Of a DNA stretch of 64,000 nucleotides, positions 1 to 9,026 are shown one piece after another. Position numbers and translations under genes: made by a program. The first letter of the stretch is position 1. Every line of letters starts with the position of its first letter. Source of the DNA: Bacteroidales bacterium (GTDB lineage Bacteria; Bacteroidota; Bacteroidia; Bacteroidales; UBA10428); contig JAFGSZ010000057.1 in NCBI GenBank assembly GCA_016934395.1, forward strand, positions 19,421-83,420. Direction: 5' to 3'. The notes beneath the pieces were generated by a model, which saw only the letters and a list, made by a program, of their open reading frames with translations, did no database searches and was not told where the DNA came from.

Positions 1-127
1 ACCGAACATATAGAGGATATTAAAGCAGACCTGTTACAGGCTGTACATTCAATTTAAAACTATCAGAATATTCTCCTCTATTGTTAAATACATCAAACTG
101 AAAGGAGAATATAAATTAAGTAGTTCT

Positions 128-177
128 AAAAATCCTTTGGAAATTCTGCAAGGACATGAGTCTCCAGAGGATTTTTT
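128..177 (+). terminator. Putative rho-independent terminator of an upstream + strand gene
   Basis: Arms AAAAATCCTTTGGA (128-141) and TCCAGAGGATTTTT (163-176) form a 14-bp stem with one G-U pair, followed by a T-run. Frame 1 is open from the window start to TAA at 55-57, which fits the 3' end of a gene. The long loop (~21 nt) lowers confidence. Confidence 0.5.
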
Positions 178-300
178 ATTTTATTATATAAAGTCAAATC
201 ATTAGCTTTTAATTTTTAGAAATTATTAACATATTAAATTAACGTTAATACACTATATTTACCCCATTCAATTTTACTGATAGTATTCTTTTTATTCTTC

Positions 301-1407
301 ATGTTAATGATGAACAAATTAAAATTATTTCTTGCCGGAATATGTATGTTGGGAATTCTTCCACTTTATGGAAAACCAATTGTACTAACTGCAAAAGAAC
401 TGTCCTCACCACCTCCCAGAATTATCAGGATGTGTTGTTCATTCGGCACAGATTTGCGAATGGTTGCAGTACCCGTTAAAAAAATAACCGACATAACCAG
501 TATCGATCGTGTTGGGCCTCACAAATATCTTGGCAGCAGTGAAGAAGAAAACGGTATAATCTATACAAAACGGGGTGGATTTATAGATCTGGGGCACCTG
601 CGTGATCAGGCTGACTGGACTGCCTATTTATATAGTATGATCCTGGAGAAAAAGTATGATCCGGAAATTATACAGGCTCTTGGACGTGAAGGGGGTGTTA
701 AAACACTAAGTATAAATGTTACCCGCGATCTTGATAGTCTTGACATTATGATGGTAGCAGGGAAAATTGCCTATGATTTATCCGTATGGCACGAAATTGC
801 AACATGGTTTGGCGCTTCAACAGTTCCCCTGTTGCCAGAGCGATATTCAAGCTTTTCAGTAGAAGATGCCTATTCAAACCTTTTGGGAGTTACCATAGGA
901 ATTAAAGCCCTGCAAAGTGAACTGCCTTATGAAGAGGCTATGACTCAAATTATTTCACAAACTCTCGATAGTCTTGGTGCAGTAAAAACCGAAGAAGAGA
1001 CATACGAAGCCATGGAGGCTGTGCGAAATATATGGTGGACCCGGGACCATCGGCTGCCTAGTGGCAAAGTGTTGCTGGAAAGGCAACTTAATGTTTATAC
1101 AAGCGTTTTGCCTATGATTGTTCCGGATTGGGCAAATGAAATACAGACTCCGGTAAAACTTGAGGTCCCCTCATTTACAGCACACAACCAGCCGTTAACG
1201 GACTATTATACCCTTGAATTTAAATTAAATTATAAATTCCCTGTTAAAAAAATGTTTCCTGAAGAGATTAACCGTTTTATTACCCAGGAAGATTTTGACC
1301 ATTTATTGGCCCAGGTTGCTTTTGAACTGGAAAGCAAATATCAGGACACGGAAAAAATCACAAAAGAAAACCATACAAAACGAAAAGACAGAAGGCCCTC
1401 ATTATAG
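301..1407 (+). CDS. Exported protein of unknown function (possibly DUF4056-like)
   Basis: 368-aa ORF with an N-terminal signal peptide (KLKLFLAGICMLGILPLYG). No catalytic motif recognised. The family assignment is from memory and unverified. Confidence 0.55.
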   Translation: MLMMNKLKLFLAGICMLGILPLYGKPIVLTAKELSSPPPRIIRMCCSFGTDLRMVAVPVKKITDITSIDRVGPHKYLGSSEEENGIIYTKRGGFIDLGHLRDQADWTAYLYSMILEKKYDPEIIQALGREGGVKTLSINVTRDLDSLDIMMVAGKIAYDLSVWHEIATWFGASTVPLLPERYSSFSVEDAYSNLLGVTIGIKALQSELPYEEAMTQIISQTLDSLGAVKTEEETYEAMEAVRNIWWTRDHRLPSGKVLLERQLNVYTSVLPMIVPDWANEIQTPVKLEVPSFTAHNQPLTDYYTLEFKLNYKFPVKKMFPEEINRFITQEDFDHLLAQVAFELESKYQDTEKITKENHTKRKDRRPSL

Positions 1408-1484
1408 AATAATTGATACTTCAATATTTAAATAATACTTTGAGCAAAGAATTTATCGAATAAATAAATATGATCTTAAAATTT

Positions 1485-1518
1485 AAAAAGAGCGCAATAC
1501 AAGTATTGCGCTCTTTTT
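1485..1518. terminator. Bidirectional rho-independent terminator between convergent genes
   Basis: AAAAAGAGCGCAATAC-AA-GTATTGCGCTCTTTTT is a perfect inverted repeat (1489-1500 / 1503-1514) flanked by an A-run and a T-run. It lies between the stop at 1407 (+) and the stop at 1558 (-). Confidence 0.75.
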
Positions 1519-1557
1519 ATTAAAAGTTTCTAAATTTAATATCTTAAAAAGATATAA

Positions 1558-3546
1558 TTATAATGAAAAGTTAAGTCCAAAATATATTGTCCGCCCTCGA
1601 TTAAATGGTATTGATGTTCCTGGTGCTAATCCCCAATTAGGAAGCCATACTTCTTTGTTTAGAAGATTATTTGCCTGAACAGTTAAAGCCAGTTCTTTTC
1701 CTAATTTTAATTTTAATACCTGATTCAGGTCGATTTTAGCAAATAAATTTAAGGAGTTATAAGCACCGGGTGACTCATTGAACTGGGTTTCATATTTCTC
1801 ATCTAAACTGCCCTGATAATTATCGAACAGACTTAAAGTTACACCGTCTGAACTATAACTTATGCCGGCTTTTATTGCAAGATTTGCTATAGGGGTAACA
1901 TTTTTATTATCTGATGAATCCTTACTGGTAAAGTACGTGAGAGAACCATTGGCATATATTTTCTTATTGATGAAATATTTACCTTCAAATTCAACACCCT
2001 GCATTTTAACTTCACCAATATTATCGTATATGCCTACTCCCGGAACAAGAGTCCTGTTCTGAATAATAATATTTGTGAAGACTGAATTAAAATAATTAAC
2101 CCCTAAGTGAATTTGATTTTTTTGGTAATTCACCCCTAAATCAAAGGTTTTCACATTCTCCGGTTTTAAATCTGAATTTCCCTGTATACTAGGAAAGTCA
2201 ATATTTAATTCGTTTATACTTGGGGCCCGAAATGCTTCACTGTATAGTGCTTTAACACTAACAGCATCCATTGGATTCCAGATTGCACCAAGCCTTGGAA
2301 CAAAGTTAACATCAATATCTTTAACTTTATTTACCTGGATGCCTCCAATTAGTTTGAGTTGCTTTATTATGCGATAATCTAACTGGGTATAGAATCCTAA
2401 ACTATATCTACTGGCATCAGTAAGAGTATCAATACTGGTTGGCGATACTGATTTTTCAAGACCTTCTACATAGTTATACAAACCACCAAAAATAATACGC
2501 AGCTTATCTGTTGGATTAATATAGTTAGTCCATTCTCCCATGGCCTCATATGAGTCTCTATTACTAAAAGGCCATGTTGAGTTTTCGAATAGTGATTTCG
2601 TATAGGTGCCATGCAGGCTCATATCCCATATCTTGGATATTTTAAAGTCGTATCCAATATCACCAAAATATTTCTTCCAGAATGAAGTTCCGTAAGTAGG
2701 AAAAGGTAATATTGAAGCAAAATCTGTTACACTATAAAATGTTTCCCACTGATTATAAGAAAACATTAATTTTAGGTTTTTATAGTTTGCATCTACAAAG
2801 GCACCGGATCCTTTATTGGGGATTGTATAACTAAAGGTATCAACATCACCATTTATCTCATCGTAATATTTATAATCTATATCCCAATCAGCTTTATTAA
2901 AATGCCTTGCTCCAACTAATATATTTAAATCTTTTGCATTAATCGTGGCACTTCCTGATACTCCGTAAGCTCCTTCGCCTCCTACCTGGCCTTCAACCGA
3001 TACTCCGGAAGTATCAACCTTTTTAGTAATAACATTTATTACTGCTGAGAATGCATCCGATCCATACAAAACAGATCCAGGACCTTTAATTACTTCAATA
3101 CTTTCAATAATGTTAACTGGAAATGTCTCATATATTTCGCTTTTAATACCCCCTTCGAGTGCTTCACGAATTGGGCGACCGTTTATTAAAAGTAAAACAT
3201 GACTTGATGAAGCCTGGATCTGATCTCCACGTGCAGAAATAATACTTCGGTCTGTCATGTAGACTGTAGATCCAATTAAACCAGGTATCCGCTCTAAAAT
3301 ATCTTTTAGTGTGGTTCCTCCAAATCTTTTTATTTCATCTTTAGTTAAAACGGAAATTATACCGGGAGCATCAGATTGTTTCTCTGCCGATTTGGACACA
3401 GTAGTAACATCCATGTTCATAAGATCCTCAAAACTCAATTCTAATAAATCTGCTGCACTGCCATTTTCATCCTGTGCCTTAATTACGGTATTACCCGATA
3501 AGGTTAGAATTATTCCAATAATAATGTAATAGATTACTTTCTTCAT
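1558..3546 (-). CDS. TonB-dependent outer-membrane receptor
   Basis: Signal peptide, plug-domain motifs (DVTTVSKSAEKQSDAPGIISVLTKDEI, LKDILERIPGL, INGRPI), a long beta-barrel region with alternating aromatic residues, and a C-terminal GRTIYFGLNFSL. Confidence 0.9.
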   Translation of the reverse strand: MKKVIYYIIIGIILTLSGNTVIKAQDENGSAADLLELSFEDLMNMDVTTVSKSAEKQSDAPGIISVLTKDEIKRFGGTTLKDILERIPGLIGSTVYMTDRSIISARGDQIQASSSHVLLLINGRPIREALEGGIKSEIYETFPVNIIESIEVIKGPGSVLYGSDAFSAVINVITKKVDTSGVSVEGQVGGEGAYGVSGSATINAKDLNILVGARHFNKADWDIDYKYYDEINGDVDTFSYTIPNKGSGAFVDANYKNLKLMFSYNQWETFYSVTDFASILPFPTYGTSFWKKYFGDIGYDFKISKIWDMSLHGTYTKSLFENSTWPFSNRDSYEAMGEWTNYINPTDKLRIIFGGLYNYVEGLEKSVSPTSIDTLTDASRYSLGFYTQLDYRIIKQLKLIGGIQVNKVKDIDVNFVPRLGAIWNPMDAVSVKALYSEAFRAPSINELNIDFPSIQGNSDLKPENVKTFDLGVNYQKNQIHLGVNYFNSVFTNIIIQNRTLVPGVGIYDNIGEVKMQGVEFEGKYFINKKIYANGSLTYFTSKDSSDNKNVTPIANLAIKAGISYSSDGVTLSLFDNYQGSLDEKYETQFNESPGAYNSLNLFAKIDLNQVLKLKLGKELALTVQANNLLNKEVWLPNWGLAPGTSIPFNRGRTIYFGLNFSL

Positions 3547-3595
3547 TTCTTCAATTATTAAATTTTACTTTTATTTATCTCTTATAAAAATTTTG

Positions 3596-4120
3596 TTAAA
3601 ATGTTTTCATGGCCAGCCGCTCAAGATCAGGGGCTAATTTAAGTCCCAGTTTTGAAGCGTTTTCTGACTTGATCTCAAAATTTAACTTGTTGTCTGCCAT
3701 CACAAAATTTATGGCCGCTCCTTTATTAATGGCTCCATTATCGGCACTAACAACCAGCGTATTAAACCGATTGACCTTTTCCATAACCTGCAATAGATTT
3801 TTACTTTGACTTTTAGGGACAAACAGAATGTGGCATTTGGAAATATCGCTTACCGAATTGAATGCTTTAATTTCAATAGTTTGTCCTTTTACTGATCTTT
3901 TGGCAGCAATTGCATTAAATTCGGATAGTAAAGCTTTGTCCTGATCCAAAACACCAATTATAAAATTGCCTTGTCTGTATTCCGAAGGCCACTCAATAAA
4001 ATTTGTAAAATTGTAAATATATGCTGCCTGGTACTTTGCTTCCTGTGCATTGGAAACAAATGAGAAACTGCACAAACAGACAAACATAAAAAAATTCAAA
4101 ATTGGGATTTTCCTTTTCAT
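3596..4120 (-). CDS. YfiR/DUF4154 family periplasmic protein
   Basis: Signal peptide plus the characteristic AAYIYNFTNFIEWP motif and ...CHILFV... segment. It lies immediately upstream of, and on the same strand as, the TonB-dependent receptor. Confidence 0.8.
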   Translation of the reverse strand: MKRKIPILNFFMFVCLCSFSFVSNAQEAKYQAAYIYNFTNFIEWPSEYRQGNFIIGVLDQDKALLSEFNAIAAKRSVKGQTIEIKAFNSVSDISKCHILFVPKSQSKNLLQVMEKVNRFNTLVVSADNGAINKGAAINFVMADNKLNFEIKSENASKLGLKLAPDLERLAMKTF

Positions 4121-4754
4121 AGTGTGAAAAATTTTTAATGTTACGATTACTTAAATTGTTAGTTTATTTATATTATTATTTGGTTTTTCTACTCTGCTCC
4201 ATCAAAAAAACTTTAGCTCATCGCAGTATCAACTGTGAAAAGGTATTTGAATATTCGTTTAATTTATTAACCATGAAATAAATTAAACCGCAATCAAAAA
4301 AATTGTGAGGTGTTTTGACTTATTGTCAGAAAAGGATTTTGTTGAAGGGTGTAATTTCTGGTGAAAGAAATTATGCTCTATTACGATTAGGGTAAACAGA
4401 AGGTTGCATTTCTTGATTAATTACAATTTCTACTTAATAAAGTGTTATAATATCCTGACAAAAGTAAATTTTACAAGGATTAAAATATCAAAGTCTAAAC
4501 CGGCAATTCTTTTCCATTGAAATAATGGAATTTATTCAGGATATACAGCAGAAAGAATAAAATTGTTTATCCTTCGCTTCAACCAGATATAAAAAAAGAA
4601 AATCAAATTCATTTAACTACAATATTTTATTAAGAAATTAATTTCGTTAGAATTTTAATACTAAGATTTACTCATCTTATATAAGAAAATCGCACACTAG
4701 CCAAATTTATTTAACATTCAATTTATGCAAGCGTTATTACCCTTCCGGATAGAT

Positions 4755-4762
4755 TATATTTG
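4755..4762 (+). promoter_or_regulatory. Candidate Bacteroidota-type -7 promoter box (TAnnTTTG)
   Basis: TATATTTG lies 36 nt upstream of the ATG at 4798. This is a motif match only. Confidence 0.3.
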
Positions 4763-4797
4763 AAATATCTTATCTGAGGGAGTAAAACAAACAAAGA

Positions 4798-6930
4798 ATG
4801 TTTAAGATTTTTCCACATTCGAAAACTACTAGAATTAGACCTTTGGGGGTACTCCTTATTTTTATTACCCTTTTTTCAATCCGGCTGCAATCACAGGAAG
4901 TTGATATCTCAGTTATCTTTAATAAAGATGTGGCCATTGCACATTGGCAAATTGTAGACGAATCTCATCAGATAATATATTCAAATCAGGATTTACTGCA
5001 GGAAGATACGGTTTATGTAATGCTCGATGCTGAAAAACGCTTTTATTTTGAATTATCCATCGATAACATCCTTAAACCCGATACAGCGCTTTGCTCAATA
5101 TTAATTAATAATGAACCCATTCTGCTAATATTATCCGGGATTTCGCAAGGAGACCATTCTTATCCTTTCTATACCGGTACAAAAACTCCCCAATTAAAAA
5201 TAATAGGCGGGGATGAAACAGATATTTCCGATTTTCCCTGGCAGGTTTATCTGCAAGCCGGAATGTATATGTGTGGCGGATCAATAATTAGTGAACGCTG
5301 GATTTTAACTGCAGCACATTGTACAAAAAACGCTCTCGGCGGAAATATTTCAGCTTCACAAATGTTGATAAAAGCCGGGGCCACCAATCCCAATAACCCA
5401 AGCGAAGGTAAATTATATAAAGTTAGCGAGGTAATTATTCACAGCAACTATAATAACTATACATTCGAAAATGATATCGCCTTGTTAAAACTTGAAGAAG
5501 CGATTGATATAGAAAATGCAGAAGCAATAAAAATTATTTCTGCCAATGATGTAGAAGCCGGCTATACCGATCCGGGAGTAATGGCCTGGATTACAGGCTG
5601 GGGTCTTGTTAATGTCTCGCCAAATGAACTTCCTGACAATTTACAAAAAGTTCAGTTACCCATTGTTTCCAGTCAGCAAGCTTCCACGGTATGGGGCAAC
5701 ATTCCTTCTACAATTATAATGGCCGGATATATAAATGGAAATAAAGATGCCTGTAATGGGGATAGCGGGGGACCATTAACAGTGCCAACACCTGAAGGTT
5801 ATAAGCTGGCCGGTATTGTAAGCTGGGGGAATCAAAATTGTAACACGTATGGAGGTTATACCCGCGTTTCCAGCTATGAATCATGGATAAGAGCAAAAAC
5901 CGGAATTGAAGATCGGTATTTACCCCAAAAACCTCAGGGCGAAACCATAATTTGTATGGGAACAGCTTTGAGTGAGTATATTGGTGAGTATATACCTGAT
6001 GCTTCATCTTATGAATGGATCATTTCACCTTCTGAAGCCGGAAAAATGGAATACACAAAAAATTATGGGCATATTCTATGGAATACTAATTATTCCGGCC
6101 TTGCAAGCATTCAAATGAGGGTAGTAATAAATAATGAAGTTTCCGGTTGGTCTTCACTTGACATTAAAGTAGCCGAAAATACCGTTTTACTGAATCAGTC
6201 TGAAGACAAAGACCTTTGCATCCAGGAACATTTGGATCTTTTTGTTGAGGTACAGGGTAATAATCTCACCTATGACTGGTATAAAGATAATAACCTGATA
6301 CAATCCGGTGCTTCACCAAATATTGAATATTTAAATTCACAGCCATATCATTCCGGAACATATGAATGCTTGATTAATGGTACCTGCGGATCGATAACTT
6401 CTGAAAAAATCAACGTATCGGTTTTGCCCCAGACTAAAATAACTTCCTTATCACCCGATGTTGAAGTAAATTTTGGGAATCAGGCAATTCTTGCAGTACA
6501 TGCCACAGGTCATAATTTGCAATACCAGTGGGAGAAAAATTCTGAACCAATTTGGAATGAAAATTATGCAGAACTCATGCTCCAGGATGTAAATGCCAAC
6601 ACCATAGATTTTTATCAGGTAACTGTTACCGGCACCTGTGGAGTGGAACAGAGCGATTCTGTTTATGTTTTTGTTGCGCCTGAACAAAATACTGAAGAGC
6701 AAATGGTTTTTATGTGGCCTACTGTGGCTGATGATCATGTAAATATTGCCATGGAAAATGATGAGTTTTATTATGTTCAATTATTTAATAATCATGGTGA
6801 ACTGATTTACAATCAGGCAAATTGCCGCTATAGAACCATTCTAAATCTTGCTCACTTAATGGAAGGTGTATATATGGTTAATGTCTATAATACTCATTTC
6901 AAAGAAACATTTAAGCTCATAATTAAGTAA
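4798..6930 (+). CDS. Secreted S1 (trypsin/chymotrypsin-like) serine protease with Ig-like repeats and a T9SS C-terminal sorting domain
   Basis: IIGGDETDISDFPWQV...LTAAHC (His), NDIALLKL (Asp) and DACNGDSGGPL (Ser). Two Ig-like repeats (NLTYDWYKDN...GTYECLINGTCG / HNLQYQWEKN...YQVTVTGTCG). The last ~75 aa resemble a Por/T9SS CTD. Confidence 0.9.
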   Translation: MFKIFPHSKTTRIRPLGVLLIFITLFSIRLQSQEVDISVIFNKDVAIAHWQIVDESHQIIYSNQDLLQEDTVYVMLDAEKRFYFELSIDNILKPDTALCSILINNEPILLILSGISQGDHSYPFYTGTKTPQLKIIGGDETDISDFPWQVYLQAGMYMCGGSIISERWILTAAHCTKNALGGNISASQMLIKAGATNPNNPSEGKLYKVSEVIIHSNYNNYTFENDIALLKLEEAIDIENAEAIKIISANDVEAGYTDPGVMAWITGWGLVNVSPNELPDNLQKVQLPIVSSQQASTVWGNIPSTIIMAGYINGNKDACNGDSGGPLTVPTPEGYKLAGIVSWGNQNCNTYGGYTRVSSYESWIRAKTGIEDRYLPQKPQGETIICMGTALSEYIGEYIPDASSYEWIISPSEAGKMEYTKNYGHILWNTNYSGLASIQMRVVINNEVSGWSSLDIKVAENTVLLNQSEDKDLCIQEHLDLFVEVQGNNLTYDWYKDNNLIQSGASPNIEYLNSQPYHSGTYECLINGTCGSITSEKINVSVLPQTKITSLSPDVEVNFGNQAILAVHATGHNLQYQWEKNSEPIWNENYAELMLQDVNANTIDFYQVTVTGTCGVEQSDSVYVFVAPEQNTEEQMVFMWPTVADDHVNIAMENDEFYYVQLFNNHGELIYNQANCRYRTILNLAHLMEGVYMVNVYNTHFKETFKLIIK

Positions 6931-7263
6931 TTAATTGTCCACCTGGTTTCTTTCCTTTTTAAAAATTAGTTTATTTTTTCCCAGGAAATTGAGTACGTAT
7001 TAATCTAATTTGGTTTTGAATAAACTGCCGGGGATAATTTTAATTGTATGGGTCCTTAATTTGTCTATTCCATATTTTACACATTTATAAGTGTTGAATA
7101 ATTAGGTGGCATTAAAATAAAATTTAGCCTAATGGCCTTTGTTTTGCAATAATATGATTTAAATCTTCTTTGTTATTTAAATAAATTTTTGATCTATAAA
7201 AACAATTAAAATTATTATTTTCGGAAAACTTATTCAGAAAGTTAAGATTTAACAGAGATTTAC

Positions 7264-8955
7264 ATGATGTGGTCGAAAAGATGTGTTTTGATTGTGGTTT
7301 TGGGGATTATATTGTTATGTGAATCTCAACGAATATTTGCTGTAGTAAGAATACTCGAAGCAGAAAATGCAGAACTTATTGGTGTATATGAAAATAATTC
7401 GCTTTCAGGGTATTCAGGCACCGGTTATGTTGCAGGATTTGATGCTGATACTGACAGCCTGAAATACAGATTTACAATTGAAGGGGGGCTTTATAAAATA
7501 ACAATAGGTTATGCCTTGCCAAGTGGTGAAAAAGGATACCAGTTAATAGTAAATAACATTATAAGCGAAGGAATGCTGCCCGCCGGCAATCAGAATTTTA
7601 TGGAAATATCTGCAGGTAAATTTCTGTTATCTTCCGGATACAATACAATAACCCTGGCAAAAGGCTGGGGTTGGTATTATATAGACTATATTAAGATCGA
7701 AGAAGCTGTACCGCTAAATTTAATCACTCCTCCTTCCACCCTGTCTGATGAATCTACAACAGATTATACATGTAAACTTTTCGGATATTTACGCGAACAG
7801 TATGGATCAAAAGTAATTTCTGGACAACAGGATCTTGCTGAAGTAAATTACGTGAAACAGGCAACAGGATTTTCACCGGCAATAGGTGCATTCGATCTGA
7901 TTGACTATTCTCCGTCGCGAATTGAATATGGTGCAAATCCAGAAGGGGATGCGGAAAGCTGGATTGAATGGCAGACAACCGGAGGGGGTATTGTATCATT
8001 ATGCTGGCACTGGAATGCGCCAACCGATCTTATTAACGAAACTGATAAAGAATGGTGGAGAGGATTTTATACCTATGCCACCACATTTAATCTTACACAG
8101 GCGCTTTCTGATACAGAATCAGAAAACTATCAATTGCTCCTGCGCGATATTGATTCAATCGCTGTTCAATTAAAGAAATTTCAGGATGCGGAAATACCTG
8201 TTCTGTGGCGACCTCTCCACGAAGCTTCCGGCGGATGGTTCTGGTGGGGTGCATACGGGGCAGCCTCATTCAAAACTTTATGGCAGTTGGTTTATACCCG
8301 GCTCACAGATCTCCATCAACTCCATAATTTAATCTGGGTATATACATCCGGAGATGCAGACTGGTATCCCGGGGATGATTATGTAGATATCATCGGATTG
8401 GATATATATACGAATGCCACCTCACCCATGAGCGGAGAATGGGAAAATATCCAGCTACAATTTAACGGGAAACGATTGGTTGCCTTATCTGAATCCGGAA
8501 CTATCCCGATTCCGGAAAATATAAGAAGTTATGGAACATATTGGTCATGGTTTAGCATATGGTCGGGTGAATTTATTCATGGAATAAGTTCAACAGTTTT
8601 AAATACCGTTTATTCTGATTTTGATATTATAACTCTCGAAGAATTGCCGGACTGGGAAACTTATGTGGTTGGAATATCGAATCCTGGGTACGATCTGAAA
8701 CCCGGATTCTGCATATTCCCGAATCCTGCAAGTAAAACTTTGTATGTCCGTTTTCAGAACAAAATAAACCCCGGATACGCTTTAAAAATTTTTGATATTT
8801 ATGGTAATACCTTAGTAAATATTTATGATCACACAATATTAAACATGTATAGTACGCGTGAAATAAATATTGAAAATTTTAAAGAAGGGATTTATTTTAT
8901 TTCTTTATTCTCTAATGACCAACTGCTTTTTACTCAAAAATTTATAAAAAAATAA
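7264..8955 (+). CDS. GH26 family beta-mannanase with an N-terminal CBM6/35-like module and a T9SS C-terminal sorting domain
   Basis: Signal peptide, CBM-like EAENAEL...GYSGTGYV, the GH26 motif VLWRPLHEASGGWFWWG, and a C-terminal FPNPASKTLYV...GIYFISL sorting domain. Confidence 0.85.
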   Translation: MMWSKRCVLIVVLGIILLCESQRIFAVVRILEAENAELIGVYENNSLSGYSGTGYVAGFDADTDSLKYRFTIEGGLYKITIGYALPSGEKGYQLIVNNIISEGMLPAGNQNFMEISAGKFLLSSGYNTITLAKGWGWYYIDYIKIEEAVPLNLITPPSTLSDESTTDYTCKLFGYLREQYGSKVISGQQDLAEVNYVKQATGFSPAIGAFDLIDYSPSRIEYGANPEGDAESWIEWQTTGGGIVSLCWHWNAPTDLINETDKEWWRGFYTYATTFNLTQALSDTESENYQLLLRDIDSIAVQLKKFQDAEIPVLWRPLHEASGGWFWWGAYGAASFKTLWQLVYTRLTDLHQLHNLIWVYTSGDADWYPGDDYVDIIGLDIYTNATSPMSGEWENIQLQFNGKRLVALSESGTIPIPENIRSYGTYWSWFSIWSGEFIHGISSTVLNTVYSDFDIITLEELPDWETYVVGISNPGYDLKPGFCIFPNPASKTLYVRFQNKINPGYALKIFDIYGNTLVNIYDHTILNMYSTREINIENFKEGIYFISLFSNDQLLFTQKFIKK

Positions 8956-9026
8956 AATTTTTCTCACAGATATAAATAAAGCAAGTATTTAATGATTAAC
9001 TAAATTTAAAATTTAATCGATATAAT

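Noticed and set aside
4512-4530. Hairpin TTCCATT-gaaat-AATGGAA
   Set aside because: It is a short AT-rich stem with no upstream gene in either orientation that it could terminate. It is probably fortuitous.
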